Source: an uncultured Pseudomonadota bacterium
GTDB taxonomy: Bacteria > SAR324 > XYD2-FULL-50-16
DNA length: 41,730 nt
Direction: 5' to 3'
Assembly: GCA_964562335.1 (NCBI GenBank)
Contig: CAZLTI010000002.1
Coordinates: 1-41,730 of the forward strand
In this document: in pieces, positions 27,247 to 36,202 of the stretch
Numbering within the stretch: position 1 is the stretch's first letter
Layout: each line of letters starts with the position of its first letter
Notes under the pieces: generated by a model
Seen by the model: only the letters and a program-made list of their open reading frames with translations
What the model was told of the DNA's origin: nothing
Database searches by the model: none
Translations under genes and position numbers: made by a program

Positions 27247-28080
27247 TTATAAAAAAGGATTGTAAAATCGGCTTCTGTTGACAAACAGGGAGACCAGAAT
27301 CGTCACCGAAAAAATTAGCGTCGATAGCAAAAGCGCTGTGTAGTCCGCCTTACCGAGTTTCCGCTTGCTGTACCATGTGCGCGTTTTATGTTTGCCGAAG
27401 CCGCGAAGATCCATGGCGTTGCTGATCAGCTCGATACGGTCGAGAGTCGAAAAGACCAGCGGTATTATTATCAGGAGCGCTCCTTTTACCCGTTTGGTAA
27501 ATTTCTCCTTTTTGGAAAGCTCCAATCCTCTTGCCTGCTGCGCCTGGCTGATTTCGCCATAGCTGCGCTGAATATCGGGAAAATAGCGCAAGGTCAAGGA
27601 GATAGCGTAGGCCACCTTGTAATTGACGCCAACGCCAGCCAACGAAGATGCGAATTCGCTGGGATTTGTCGTCAGAATAAATATGATGCCCAGCGGAATG
27701 ACCGAGGCGTATTTAAGGAACTTTGTAACTTGGTAGAGCAACTGCTCCTGAGTGAATGTGTATTTTCCCCATAGTCTGCCGATTTCATGTCGGGTTCCGT
27801 AGATCTTTACCCCCTCTTCTGGCGAGAACAGGTAGGTAAGAACGACATTCGTCAGCAGGAAGACGGCCACATATAGGACCATCAGCCTAATTTGGGAAAA
27901 TTTGATTTTGGCATTTCTCAGCACAAAACAGGAAAACAGCATAATAGGAACAATGACCCGGATATCGTAGGAGAACATCACCCCGAAAGTAAGCAGCAGG
28001 AAGCAGATCAGCTTTGTCAACCCGGACAGCCTATGAATATAGGTGTCCGCGATATGGTAGGAAAAAAGCGGATTCTTCAT
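27247..28080 (-). CDS. ecfT: Energy-coupling factor transporter transmembrane component (EcfT/CbiQ family)
   Basis: The polytopic protein has the Arg-containing coupling-helix region LTLRYFPDIQRSYGEISQAQQARG. Its ATG overlaps the ATPase stop by 4 nt (ATGA). Confidence 0.85.
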   Translation of the reverse strand: MKNPLFSYHIADTYIHRLSGLTKLICFLLLTFGVMFSYDIRVIVPIMLFSCFVLRNAKIKFSQIRLMVLYVAVFLLTNVVLTYLFSPEEGVKIYGTRHEIGRLWGKYTFTQEQLLYQVTKFLKYASVIPLGIIFILTTNPSEFASSLAGVGVNYKVAYAISLTLRYFPDIQRSYGEISQAQQARGLELSKKEKFTKRVKGALLIIIPLVFSTLDRIELISNAMDLRGFGKHKTRTWYSKRKLGKADYTALLLSTLIFSVTILVSLFVNRSRFYNPFL

Positions 28081-29825
28081 GCCCTCCTTCGCTCTCTCTC
28101 GTAGTCTATAAAACTTTGTACGAATGCGGTTTCGTCGCCTGCTCCCGCCATTTGTGCGAGTCTGAACAGAGAGGTTTCCTTCAAATTTGCTTTCGTTATG
28201 ATCTTTTCGTCGGTCAGGATCTCGGAAGCCGGTTTATCCGCTACGATTTTTCCGTCCGCCAAAACGATGGAACGGGGAGTGTATTCCAGCATCAGGTGCA
28301 TATCGTGCGTAATCAAAATGACGGTGATGCCCAGCCTGTTGAGCCCCACCAGGAACTTCATCATTTCGGTATAGTGCCGATAGTCCTGCCCGGCAGTCGG
28401 CTCGTCCAGAATGACGATTTTGGGATCGAGGAGCAGTATGGAGGCTATGGTTACCCGTTTGCGCTGCCCGTAGCTCAAGGCGGCGACGGGCCACTTGACG
28501 AACGGCAGCAATCCGCAGACTTTCAGCACCTTTTTTACGCGGATTTCGATCTCCTCTTCGGCCACCTCCCGCAGGCGGAATCCCAGCGCCACTTCATCGT
28601 AGATCATGGGCTTTGAAATCATCTGATTCGGATTTTGCATAACGAACCCGATAATTTCCGCCCGTTCCTTGATCGATTTTCCCCGCAGGCTTTTTCCATC
28701 AAATAGGATCTCCCCTTCGTCCTCCTTTTCCAAACCGCACAGAATTTTCGCCAGGGTTGATTTTCCCGCACCGTTCTTTCCAACGATGGAGACCATCTCC
28801 CCCTCCTGAATTTCGAAACTCGCACGATCCAGGTTGTTGCCGTTGCCATAGTAGGAAAAGGAGAGGTTATCGATCTTCAGCAGGGGAGGTTGTGCCGCCC
28901 TCTTTTTACCGGCAGCGACCGATCCGCTCCACTGGCGAAGGCGATTTTCGTAGCTTGCGATATTCAGCGTTTGAATCTGGGCGGGTCTCATGGCGGGAGT
29001 AACCTCTACCCCGGCGTATTTCAATGCGGAGACGTACAGAGGCTCTCGGATGCCGATATCGCTTAGGATGGAGGAAGAGATCATATGGTCCGCATCCATA
29101 TCGGCGACGATGCGACCATCGTACAGGGCGATAATGCGGTCCACTCTACGATGCAGCACCTCTTCCAGGCGGTGCTCTATAATGACAACCGTTTTGCCGG
29201 TTTGTTCGAAGATTCCCTCGATAATTTCGATAGCCGTTCTGCCCGTTGCCGGGTCCAGGTTTGCCAGGGGTTCATCGAACAGCAGGATATCCACTTCGTT
29301 CACCAACACTCCGGCCAGCGAAGTGCGCTGTTTCTGGCCGCCGGAAAGCTCGAACGGAGAGTTGCCCAACCGCTCTTGCATATCCACCATCGCGGCCACC
29401 TCGCGCACACGCCTTTGCATCGCGTCGCAGGGGAGATTGTCGTTCTCCAAAACAAAGGCAATATCCTCCGCCGCCGTCAGTCCGACGAACTGTCCGTCCA
29501 CATCCTGCAAAACGGTTCCGACAGCCTTGGAGAGCCGAAAAATATCCAAACTTTTTGTCTCCGTGCCATTCACCTTGAGGCTACCGGAGAGGCTTCCTTG
29601 GTAGGAGAAGGGAATCAAGCCGTTCAAACAGTGTCCCAACGTGCTTTTGCCACTGCCGCTAGGTCCCACTATCAATACCTTTTCCCCTTCGTATAGGGAT
29701 AGATTGATGTCGTATAACGTCGGCGCGGCCTGACTGAAGTACTGAAAGGAGAAATCCCGAAACTCGACAGCCGCCTTTCCTATTGCGCCGCGCTTTTCCG
29801 TGTGCGCACGGATATCTTCATCCAA
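28077..29825 (-). CDS. ECF transporter ATPase, fused duplicated EcfA1-EcfA2 (YkoD-like architecture)
   Basis: There are two complete ABC cassettes. The first is GPSGSGKST / LSGGQKQR / LLFDEPLANLD. The second is GKNGAGKST / LSYGQRKR / VILDEPTAGQD. The TTG start at 29825 lies 6 nt after the S-component stop, with GAGGAG upstream. Confidence 0.88.
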   Translation of the reverse strand: MDEDIRAHTEKRGAIGKAAVEFRDFSFQYFSQAAPTLYDINLSLYEGEKVLIVGPSGSGKSTLGHCLNGLIPFSYQGSLSGSLKVNGTETKSLDIFRLSKAVGTVLQDVDGQFVGLTAAEDIAFVLENDNLPCDAMQRRVREVAAMVDMQERLGNSPFELSGGQKQRTSLAGVLVNEVDILLFDEPLANLDPATGRTAIEIIEGIFEQTGKTVVIIEHRLEEVLHRRVDRIIALYDGRIVADMDADHMISSSILSDIGIREPLYVSALKYAGVEVTPAMRPAQIQTLNIASYENRLRQWSGSVAAGKKRAAQPPLLKIDNLSFSYYGNGNNLDRASFEIQEGEMVSIVGKNGAGKSTLAKILCGLEKEDEGEILFDGKSLRGKSIKERAEIIGFVMQNPNQMISKPMIYDEVALGFRLREVAEEEIEIRVKKVLKVCGLLPFVKWPVAALSYGQRKRVTIASILLLDPKIVILDEPTAGQDYRHYTEMMKFLVGLNRLGITVILITHDMHLMLEYTPRSIVLADGKIVADKPASEILTDEKIITKANLKETSLFRLAQMAGAGDETAFVQSFIDYERERRRA

Positions 29826-29831
29826 TCTCGC

Positions 29832-30395
29832 CTACTCCTCTTCCTTTTCCAGGCTGCCCTTTTTGGAGCGCGTTGCCGCGTAGGAGATCAGCAAAAATGT
29901 GCCGATTACTCCGGTAGACAGGATATTCGAGCTTGCGGCGACCATTCCTTGGGTAAAGACCAGATTGACGGGTTCGGAATATATCACGATATCCAGTACG
30001 GGAGCGAGAAACACGAATGCTACGAGGTGGGCGATAATTTGGTATTTGTTGAAGGTGACGATATCCTTCATCTTGAATTCGCCCTCTTCCACTTTCGTCT
30101 TTTGGAAGGCAAATCCAAAGATCATCCCGGCGACGCCACTGCTGATTACCCAGCTCCACCATGGAGCGCCGAACTGCGTGGCATCGCTCAACGCGTGTCC
30201 GATAAAGGCGATCAATCCGCCGGCAACCGGTCCGAACAGCACCGCAAAGAACGCGCCTATACCGTAGGCGGACTGGAAACTCGTACCCTGTATGGGAGAG
30301 GGGATTTTTACATACATAAACAGCAGCGTAAAAATAGCGGCTCCCAAACCGGTTGCAACGATAACTCTGGTATTCACTTTAAAAAGCTCTTTCAT
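29832..30395 (-). CDS. ECF transporter substrate-specific (S) component, resembling the UPF0397-type family of unknown substrate
   Basis: The 187-aa protein has about 5-6 TM segments. Blocks are VIVATGLGAAIF, FGPVAGGLIAFIGHALSD, APWWSW and APVLDIVIYSE. It is the first gene of an S-AA'-T operon, and the SD is GAGGGAG. The family assignment is from memory of UPF0397 sequences and needs a profile search. Confidence 0.7.
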   Translation of the reverse strand: MKELFKVNTRVIVATGLGAAIFTLLFMYVKIPSPIQGTSFQSAYGIGAFFAVLFGPVAGGLIAFIGHALSDATQFGAPWWSWVISSGVAGMIFGFAFQKTKVEEGEFKMKDIVTFNKYQIIAHLVAFVFLAPVLDIVIYSEPVNLVFTQGMVAASSNILSTGVIGTFLLISYAATRSKKGSLEKEEE

Positions 30396-30579
30396 TTCGT
30401 TTCTCCCTCTGATCCGTGAAAAAAAAAGCGCCTACCGTTAGATCTTTTCGTGTCGAGCCAACTATCCGGAGTTCTCGCGAATTGGATATTCGGAGAAAAC
30501 GCCTGGAAAGGAGATTGTACGATGAAAACTTCAGGTCAATCCTCCCTTCGCGACTCCCGATTGTTTTTTTTTGAACTTT

Positions 30580-30675
30580 GACGGAGCGGTAAAAAGTCCC
30601 AGAACCGTCATTCCCGCGAAGGCGGGAATCTGTAGTCAACTGGTTTTATTGGATTCCCGCCTTCGCGGGAATGAC
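30580..30675. repeat. Modular palindromic repeat, copy 2 (69-nt core 30607-30675, left arm present, right arm degenerate)
   Basis: The core differs from copy 1 only at two spacer positions. The left arm is GACGGAGCGGTAAAAAGTC. It lies in the divergent spacer between the ECF S gene and the MOT1-like gene. Confidence 0.9.
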
Positions 30676-30911
30676 GGTTGGCGGTTTCCATAGCACTGCC
30701 GCTACCTTGCTATCCGACCCGTCGCATCGCTTCGCAAACTCTCGACGACCATTATAGGAAGCGTCTATACTGCTCTTTTCATAGGGTATAGTCCCAAGCT
30801 ACGTCAATTCCTATTTAGGAATTGACAAGAGTACGACGAGACTCCATGTTCAAAAAACGATACACGCATTCCGCCTTCTTCAAAGCGGGACAACGGGAAA
30901 AAAGGACGATC

Positions 30912-32111
30912 ATGCCGTTTGCGCCAAAATTCAACCGGACGGAAATCGCAGGCTCGCTTGGCGATTTGGGGACCCTGCTGCCAATTGCCATGGGCCTGAT
31001 ATTGGTATCGGGATTGGATCCCATGGGCGTCTTTTTGTCGGTTGGACTGTACTACCTGCTATCCGGATTCTATTTTGGCGTTCCCGTTCCGGTGCAACCG
31101 ATGAAAGTGGTCGGCGCCTATGCCATCGTTATGGGATTGACTGCGCAGCAGATCATGGCATCGGGACTGCTGATGGGAGGCATACTGCTTGTTCTCGGTA
31201 TCACGAACCTGATTACGGTGATCGGTCGGTATATTCCCGGATCCGTCATACGTGGCGTCCAGCTATCGACCGGAGCGATCCTAATGATGCAGGGACTGAA
31301 GATGATATTGGGCACGAGCAGGTTTCAGGAGATTCAACATCTTGCGGAACCCTATCTGACCCTGCATGCTATGGGGCCGATTCCTATTGGAGTGATCATT
31401 GGAGCGGCGGGCGCACTGCTTACTTTGCTGCTGCTTGACAATAGAAGATTTCCGGCGGGACTGGTTGTCGTTTTGGTTGGTTTGGCGATCGGCACTGTTT
31501 GGGGAACCTACGAGGGGCTATCGGCAAAAACCGTCGGATTCCATATCCCAAGAATTTTTGCCTTCGAACTCCCGACGCTACCCGATTTTTTTCTGGTTAT
31601 GATTCTGCTAGTGCCGCCACAGCTGCCGATGACGGTGGGAAACGCCGTGGTGGCATATGTCGATCTATCGAAAAGATATTTTGGCAACCAATCCTTTCGC
31701 GTAACGCATCGCTCCTCCGCCATAAGCATGGCTCTGGCGAATCTGCTCAGTTTCGCATTGGGGGGCATGCCGCTGTGTCACGGTGCAGGCGGATTGGCGG
31801 CCCACTACCGTTTTGGAGCGCGTACCTTCGGTTCCAATATTGTCGTCGGTTCTCTTTTTGTCTTTTTGGCTCTTCTCTTCGGTGCCGATTTGATGGGAGT
31901 TGTCTATTTGATTCCGTTGGCGGTATTGGGAGTTTTGCTGTTTTTCGCCGGCATTCAACTTGCGATGACGATTCGGGACCTGAAGGAGCGCAACGATCTG
32001 TTTGTCGTAATCGCCATGTTGGGCATTACGCTGGTCTCCAGCTTGGCGCTCGGTTTCGGCATAGGATTGGCACTGGCGTATCTGTTCAAACTGAAAAGGA
32101 TAGGCGTATGA
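30912..32111 (+). CDS. MOT1-like / SulP-related anion (putative molybdate or sulfate) transporter
   Basis: The N-terminal FNRTEIAGSLGDLGTLLPI and VPVPVQPMKVVGAYAI blocks match the MOT1-type transporter family, and the protein has about 10 TM segments. The track start at 30822 is TTG. The ATG at 30912 follows AAGGA with a 5-nt spacer. Confidence 0.7.
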   Translation: MPFAPKFNRTEIAGSLGDLGTLLPIAMGLILVSGLDPMGVFLSVGLYYLLSGFYFGVPVPVQPMKVVGAYAIVMGLTAQQIMASGLLMGGILLVLGITNLITVIGRYIPGSVIRGVQLSTGAILMMQGLKMILGTSRFQEIQHLAEPYLTLHAMGPIPIGVIIGAAGALLTLLLLDNRRFPAGLVVVLVGLAIGTVWGTYEGLSAKTVGFHIPRIFAFELPTLPDFFLVMILLVPPQLPMTVGNAVVAYVDLSKRYFGNQSFRVTHRSSAISMALANLLSFALGGMPLCHGAGGLAAHYRFGARTFGSNIVVGSLFVFLALLFGADLMGVVYLIPLAVLGVLLFFAGIQLAMTIRDLKERNDLFVVIAMLGITLVSSLALGFGIGLALAYLFKLKRIGV

Positions 32112-32274
32112 CTCCCTCCGCTCATTGCGGCGGATACGTCAGGGGAATACAATCTCCTTCGTAGGCCGGCATCGGCACTGGCGTATCTGTTCAAACTGAA
32201 AAGGATAGGCGTATGACTCCCTCCGTTCATTGCGGATACGCAAAAGGAATACAGTGTCCTTCGTAGGCCGCATC
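32069..32274 (+). repeat. Tandem direct duplication (105 nt + 101 nt) covering the last 43 nt of the MOT1-like CDS and the downstream sequence
   Basis: Unit 1 is 32069-32173 and unit 2 is 32174-32274. The first 52 nt are identical. The remainder carries several substitutions and indels totalling 4 nt (3 nt + 1 nt). The junction has CGGCAT microhomology. Confidence 0.9.
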
Positions 32275-32313
32275 GGTGCCAGCCTCTTTGCAATAGCTTC
32301 GGCCGTTAACCCC

Positions 32314-32772
32314 ATGAAGCCCTTTCTGACGAGACTGAAACCGGCCGTAGACAGGCGGTTTCTGATTCTATTGGCCGGTCTGCTATGGACAACGGCGGGC
32401 ATCCTGCTTCTTCGCTATGCCTATCGCTGGTTGTTTTTGGAACCTACAGTCCAAAGCTATATATTCGGTATATGCGGTTTTTTTTGCGCCCTGTGGATTC
32501 ATCGTTTTGGATTTTTGAGAATAGTAGACAAAAACCTGGGGCGCATTCTGCTCCAGGAGGGCAAACAGTGCGTCTTTTCGTTTATGCCTCTCAAAAGCTA
32601 TTTTCTGGTTGCCGTTATGATGTCCATGGGAGTGCTACTGCGCCATCTGCCGATACCCAAACCGTGGTTGGCGGTTCTCTATCTGGCAATCGGTCTATCG
32701 CTGATCCTCTCCAGCTTTCGCTATCTTAGGGTCCTGATCGTTTCGTTCCGAAAATCCCAGGAGGAACAATAG
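32314..32772 (+). CDS. Small integral membrane protein, unknown function (about 4 TM)
   Basis: The hydrophobic segments are FLILLAGLLWTTAGILLL, IFGICGFFCALWI, YFLVAVMMSMGVLL and WLAVLYLAIGLSLIL. The track start (32230, TTG) lies inside the duplicated unit, so I use the first ATG (32314). There is no clear SD. Confidence 0.5.
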   Translation: MKPFLTRLKPAVDRRFLILLAGLLWTTAGILLLRYAYRWLFLEPTVQSYIFGICGFFCALWIHRFGFLRIVDKNLGRILLQEGKQCVFSFMPLKSYFLVAVMMSMGVLLRHLPIPKPWLAVLYLAIGLSLILSSFRYLRVLIVSFRKSQEEQ

Positions 32773-32986
32773 TAGGGGCCTTTGAAACCGCTTCGAGGAA
32801 GCCAAAGGTTTCCCAACCTGGCTACTCTTGGCACTGAAAGTAGGGCTGTAGAGAAAGGGACTGCTCTGGAAAGAACTAAAGGGGTAGAGAAACGTCAACC
32901 GGTTGTCGACACGACACTGGGCAAGGACCGGCCCGCCTGTTTGCGAGACCGGTATCCTGCCGATCCTGACGAATCCCCTTAAGCTA

Positions 32987-34906
32987 CTACATTGCCTGCT
33001 CCGGAGGCTGTCGATACATCATCGGTTTGAGTTTCAGTGCCGCCCGCTTTTTGTCCATGTGGCGTATCATGGCACGCGCAGCGCTTACGGCGTCGCTTTC
33101 GTAATTGAATTTGCCGCCCGTAATCTCCTCCACCTCTTCCGTTAGGAAGCGCTTCACCTCCTTGCTGCCGGAAATCCGCATCTCCGGGCTGAAATTGACG
33201 AAGGCGCCGGATGCGACGCAATAGAAACCGATCGCGATCGCCTTTTCGCACATCGCTTCCGGAGCGGAACCGGCTATGGGAAGATCCGAAAGCTTGCTAC
33301 CCAAGCCGCCCTCGTTGATCAGTTCGCATAGTGCGACTAAAATCCGGCTGTTGTCCACGCAGGAGCCAAAATGCAATACGGGCGGAATCCCGACGGTTTC
33401 GCTGATTTCCTGGAGACCCTCGCCAGCCCACCTTTTTGCCGCTTCGGGTTGCAGCAGTTCGTTTTTGGCACAGGCGGACGCCGCGCAACCGGTCATGACA
33501 ACCAGTACGTCATTGGCAATCAGCTCCCTAACCATGTTGAAATGGCTCTGGTCCTGGGTTTTGTTTACCGTATTGCAGCCGATCACCGCAGCCACTCCGC
33601 GCAAACGGCCGCTGATGATCGCGTCGTTTAGCGGACGGAACGAGGAGCGATATTTCCCTCCCAAATGTTTGAAGGTGTTCGCCACCGTAAATCCGGCGAC
33701 TAGATCGCTCTTCACTTGGGGGATGCTCACCGCGCTTCCGCGTCTGCCGTAGTTCTCGACGGCTCTTTTTACGATCTCTTTTGCGGTGCTGAGTGCCTTC
33801 TCCTCATGGAACTGGATATGCTCGGCCCCCGGCAGTTTCGCCTTTTTGCTGGTAGTGACCACTTTGGTGTGGAATCGTGCCGCATGCTCGAGCACGGCGG
33901 GCATAATACACTGCACATCCACCAACATCAGGTCGACGGCGCCGGTCGCGATAGCCAACTCCTGATGAAGAAAATTTCCGACTACCGGCGAACCTTGGCG
34001 CATCAGGATTTCATTGGCCGTACAGCAGATGCCTCCGACGATTATTCCCTTGGCTCCTCTGTCTTCCGCCAGTTTCAGTATTTCGGGATCGCGGCTCGCC
34101 TCGACCACCGCTTCCGAAAGCGTCGGTTCGTGACCGTGCACGATCAAGTTTACGTGATCCTCTTCCAGGACGCCAAGATTTACCTTGCTGCGGATCGGTC
34201 GAGGCGCACCGAATAGGATATCGCCCAGATCGGTGGCGATCATTGCTCCTCCCCAACCGTCGCCCATGGAGGTGCGCAGGCCGTGCAGCAGCAGATTTTT
34301 GTAGTCGGCATCCACCCCTTCATGGGTTCTGTGCAACGTCTCGACGATATCGTGCTCGATGCCGACGGGTATCAGATCGTGTTTGCGCCAGTTCTCTACG
34401 GTCGCTTCGGGGGCGCGTACCGAGCAGTAGTGGATCTCGTCCTCCTGTTGCCCAAACTGGGCCAGGGCTTTGTCGGCCAGCTCTTCCGCGACCTGCTCCT
34501 TGCTTTTTCCGTTTTTGTCGATACCCCATTCTGCCGCTATTTCGTACAGTCTCTCTTCGCCCTTGATTTGGTATCCTTCGGCTTTGCCTCTGGCCGCCAG
34601 CTTTAGGGTTTTTGCTATGTCATGTCCATGGTCCGAATGTGCCGCAGCACCGGCTGCAACCTGCCGGATAAGTTGACGGGCGACGATGGTGGCGGCATCG
34701 GCTCCGCATATGCCGACCCTGTTTTTCTTGTTTATTCGGCACGGACCCATTTCACAAATGCGGCAACAGACACCCTCCACACCAAATTTGCATCTCTTTC
34801 CCTGGGTGAGGTGACGGTCGAATGCGGTTCCGATCTCGCACTCCCCGGCCCTCTCCATCATTGCTTCCGCTGCCGGATCGATAGTTCTTTTCATTTCTTC
34901 TGCCAT
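32987..34906 (-). CDS. cooS: Anaerobic Ni-Fe carbon monoxide dehydrogenase catalytic subunit
   Basis: The N-terminal Cys cluster is CKFGVEGVCCRICEMGPCRI...GICGA, followed by AAGAAAHSDHG. The 639-aa length and the distributed Cys/His ligand blocks are typical of CooS/CODH. The SD is AGGAG. Confidence 0.88.
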   Translation of the reverse strand: MAEEMKRTIDPAAEAMMERAGECEIGTAFDRHLTQGKRCKFGVEGVCCRICEMGPCRINKKNRVGICGADAATIVARQLIRQVAAGAAAHSDHGHDIAKTLKLAARGKAEGYQIKGEERLYEIAAEWGIDKNGKSKEQVAEELADKALAQFGQQEDEIHYCSVRAPEATVENWRKHDLIPVGIEHDIVETLHRTHEGVDADYKNLLLHGLRTSMGDGWGGAMIATDLGDILFGAPRPIRSKVNLGVLEEDHVNLIVHGHEPTLSEAVVEASRDPEILKLAEDRGAKGIIVGGICCTANEILMRQGSPVVGNFLHQELAIATGAVDLMLVDVQCIMPAVLEHAARFHTKVVTTSKKAKLPGAEHIQFHEEKALSTAKEIVKRAVENYGRRGSAVSIPQVKSDLVAGFTVANTFKHLGGKYRSSFRPLNDAIISGRLRGVAAVIGCNTVNKTQDQSHFNMVRELIANDVLVVMTGCAASACAKNELLQPEAAKRWAGEGLQEISETVGIPPVLHFGSCVDNSRILVALCELINEGGLGSKLSDLPIAGSAPEAMCEKAIAIGFYCVASGAFVNFSPEMRISGSKEVKRFLTEEVEEITGGKFNYESDAVSAARAMIRHMDKKRAALKLKPMMYRQPPEQAM

Positions 34907-35142
34907 TACGCTGCTCTCCTAAAATGTAGACGAAAAAGCCGTCCAAAAACTGAAAAGGCTCTGCACGATATCGCAATTCAGGGGAAAAGGTCCCATGAAA
35001 TGCCGAAAAGCGAGGACAATGGTAATCCTGTCGGCAATTGTAAGTCAAATAAAATGTCCGATTTCGTTGCGGTTATGCGGGAATGTATAGCGACCGATTC
35101 TCCGGTTGTCGACGCTCGAAGAAAAGCTCGCCCGTTCCGGAG

Positions 35143-35850
35143 TTATCGAATCGGAAGGTAGCGCAGTGGATTTTGATGTTTCCCGTTGACGATAATTTCA
35201 AAATGGAGATGGATTCCGGACGATTTCCCTGTGGATCCCATTTTCGCAATCTGTTTTCCCTGCTGTACCCGGTGGTTTTTTTTGACGTACAGTGTTTGAT
35301 TGTGGGCATATAGCGTTTTGACTCCCTTTCCGTGATCGATAACGACGGTTTTTCCATATCCGTTTCTGTACCCGGAAAAAACCACTCTCCCGGATTTTGC
35401 GGCTATAATTTTTCTGCCCCCGTCCCGCGTAATGTCGATTCCCAGGTGCATCTTTCCGTGCCGTTTGCCGTATCCGGAAGAGATCACTCCCTGGGCGGGC
35501 CAGATAAACCGGTCCGATTGGCGGGAAGCGGTTTTTTTCCTTTGCGTTCGGCTCTTCGATTCGATCCTGCGAACGCCCGGAATGAAAATCCTGATCCCCG
35601 GCCTCAGATCGTCGGGATCGTAGATGCCGTTGTGCTTTCGCAGCGTCCATGGATCGACGGAATACCGTTCGGCAATCCTTTCAATGGAATCGCCTCTTTG
35701 GAAAGTATACCAAAATCCCCTATCTTTTGTTTGGATAACGGATTTCCCGCTACAGGACGCCAGCAGGATCAGACCCGACAGGATCAGGGAAAAGGCAACC
35801 GACGGTTTGATCGATCTTCGATCTCTTTTTCGACTATAGCGGAGAAACAT
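35143..35850 (-). CDS. LysM-domain M23-family peptidoglycan metalloendopeptidase lipoprotein (NlpD-like)
   Basis: The lipobox is LLASCSG, and the LysM domain is YTFQRGDSIERIAERYSVDPWTLRKHNGI. The M23 motifs are HLGIDI, YGKTVVIDHG and HLHFEI. Confidence 0.88.
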   Translation of the reverse strand: MFLRYSRKRDRRSIKPSVAFSLILSGLILLASCSGKSVIQTKDRGFWYTFQRGDSIERIAERYSVDPWTLRKHNGIYDPDDLRPGIRIFIPGVRRIESKSRTQRKKTASRQSDRFIWPAQGVISSGYGKRHGKMHLGIDITRDGGRKIIAAKSGRVVFSGYRNGYGKTVVIDHGKGVKTLYAHNQTLYVKKNHRVQQGKQIAKMGSTGKSSGIHLHFEIIVNGKHQNPLRYLPIR

Positions 35851-35863
35851 CCAATACTTGGCA

Positions 35864-36000
35864 GATCGGTAAAAATTCGAAAATTGCGCGGATTGTCATT
35901 CCCGCGAAGGCGGGAATCTATACTTAATTGATTTTACTGGATTCCCGCTTTCGCGGGAATGACACATTGAGGTAATTTCGGACTTTTTACCGGTTCATCA
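35864..36000. repeat. Modular palindromic repeat, full copy 3 (69-nt core 35895-35963 plus both arms)
   Basis: The element reads GATCGGTAAAAATTCGAAAATTGCGCGGATT, then the core, then ACATTGAGGTAATTTCGGACTTTTTACCGGTTCATCA. It lies in the 352-bp divergent spacer between the M23 gene and the 1063-aa ORF. Confidence 0.9.
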
Positions 36001-36202
36001 AACTTCGATTTTGTCAACGATTCGTCACGATAGAAACAGCAGGGCCGACCCGTAATGCAATATTGGTGCTAACCGACGGGCGCATGCAGTCGTCTGCGTT
36101 TTCCTTAAAATCGATTTCCCACATTTCAAACGATGTGGTAAGAGAAAATGGAAATGGCTTCAGGAACCCTTAAACAAATCCGAAACCGATCCGATCCGTT
36201 CG

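Noticed and set aside
30396-30579. A riboswitch (TPP, FMN, SAM, preQ1, THF or B12) in the roughly 180-nt leader of the ECF S-component gene.
   Set aside because: I reverse-complemented the leader and looked for the conserved cores, for example CUGAGA...ACCUGAUCUGGAUAAUGCCAGCG for TPP and the S-box GAGGGA...GCAACC pattern, and found none. Only modest complementary segments exist: TTCGCGA 30547-30553 with TCGCGAA 30475-30481, and a bulged 9-bp pairing. A TTGACC/TACAAT-like pair falls inside them. There is no hairpin before the U9 run (30421-30429). An Infernal/Rfam scan would be decisive.
31955-32402. Minus-strand ORFs 31955..32293 and 32139..32402, and the plus-strand start at 32230, all within the tandem duplication.
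   Set aside because: Their apparent internal repeats (e.g. ..GGSHTPILFSLNRYASA.. twice) merely reflect translation of the duplicated DNA. They are antisense to, or overlap, the end of the transporter gene.
34907-35142. A CooA/CRP-FNR-type dyad operator upstream of cooS.
   Set aside because: I scanned for TGTCA-N6-TGACA or TTGAT-N4-ATCAA-like dyads by eye. Only half-site-like fragments (e.g. TGTCGGCAATTG) occur, without a symmetric partner.
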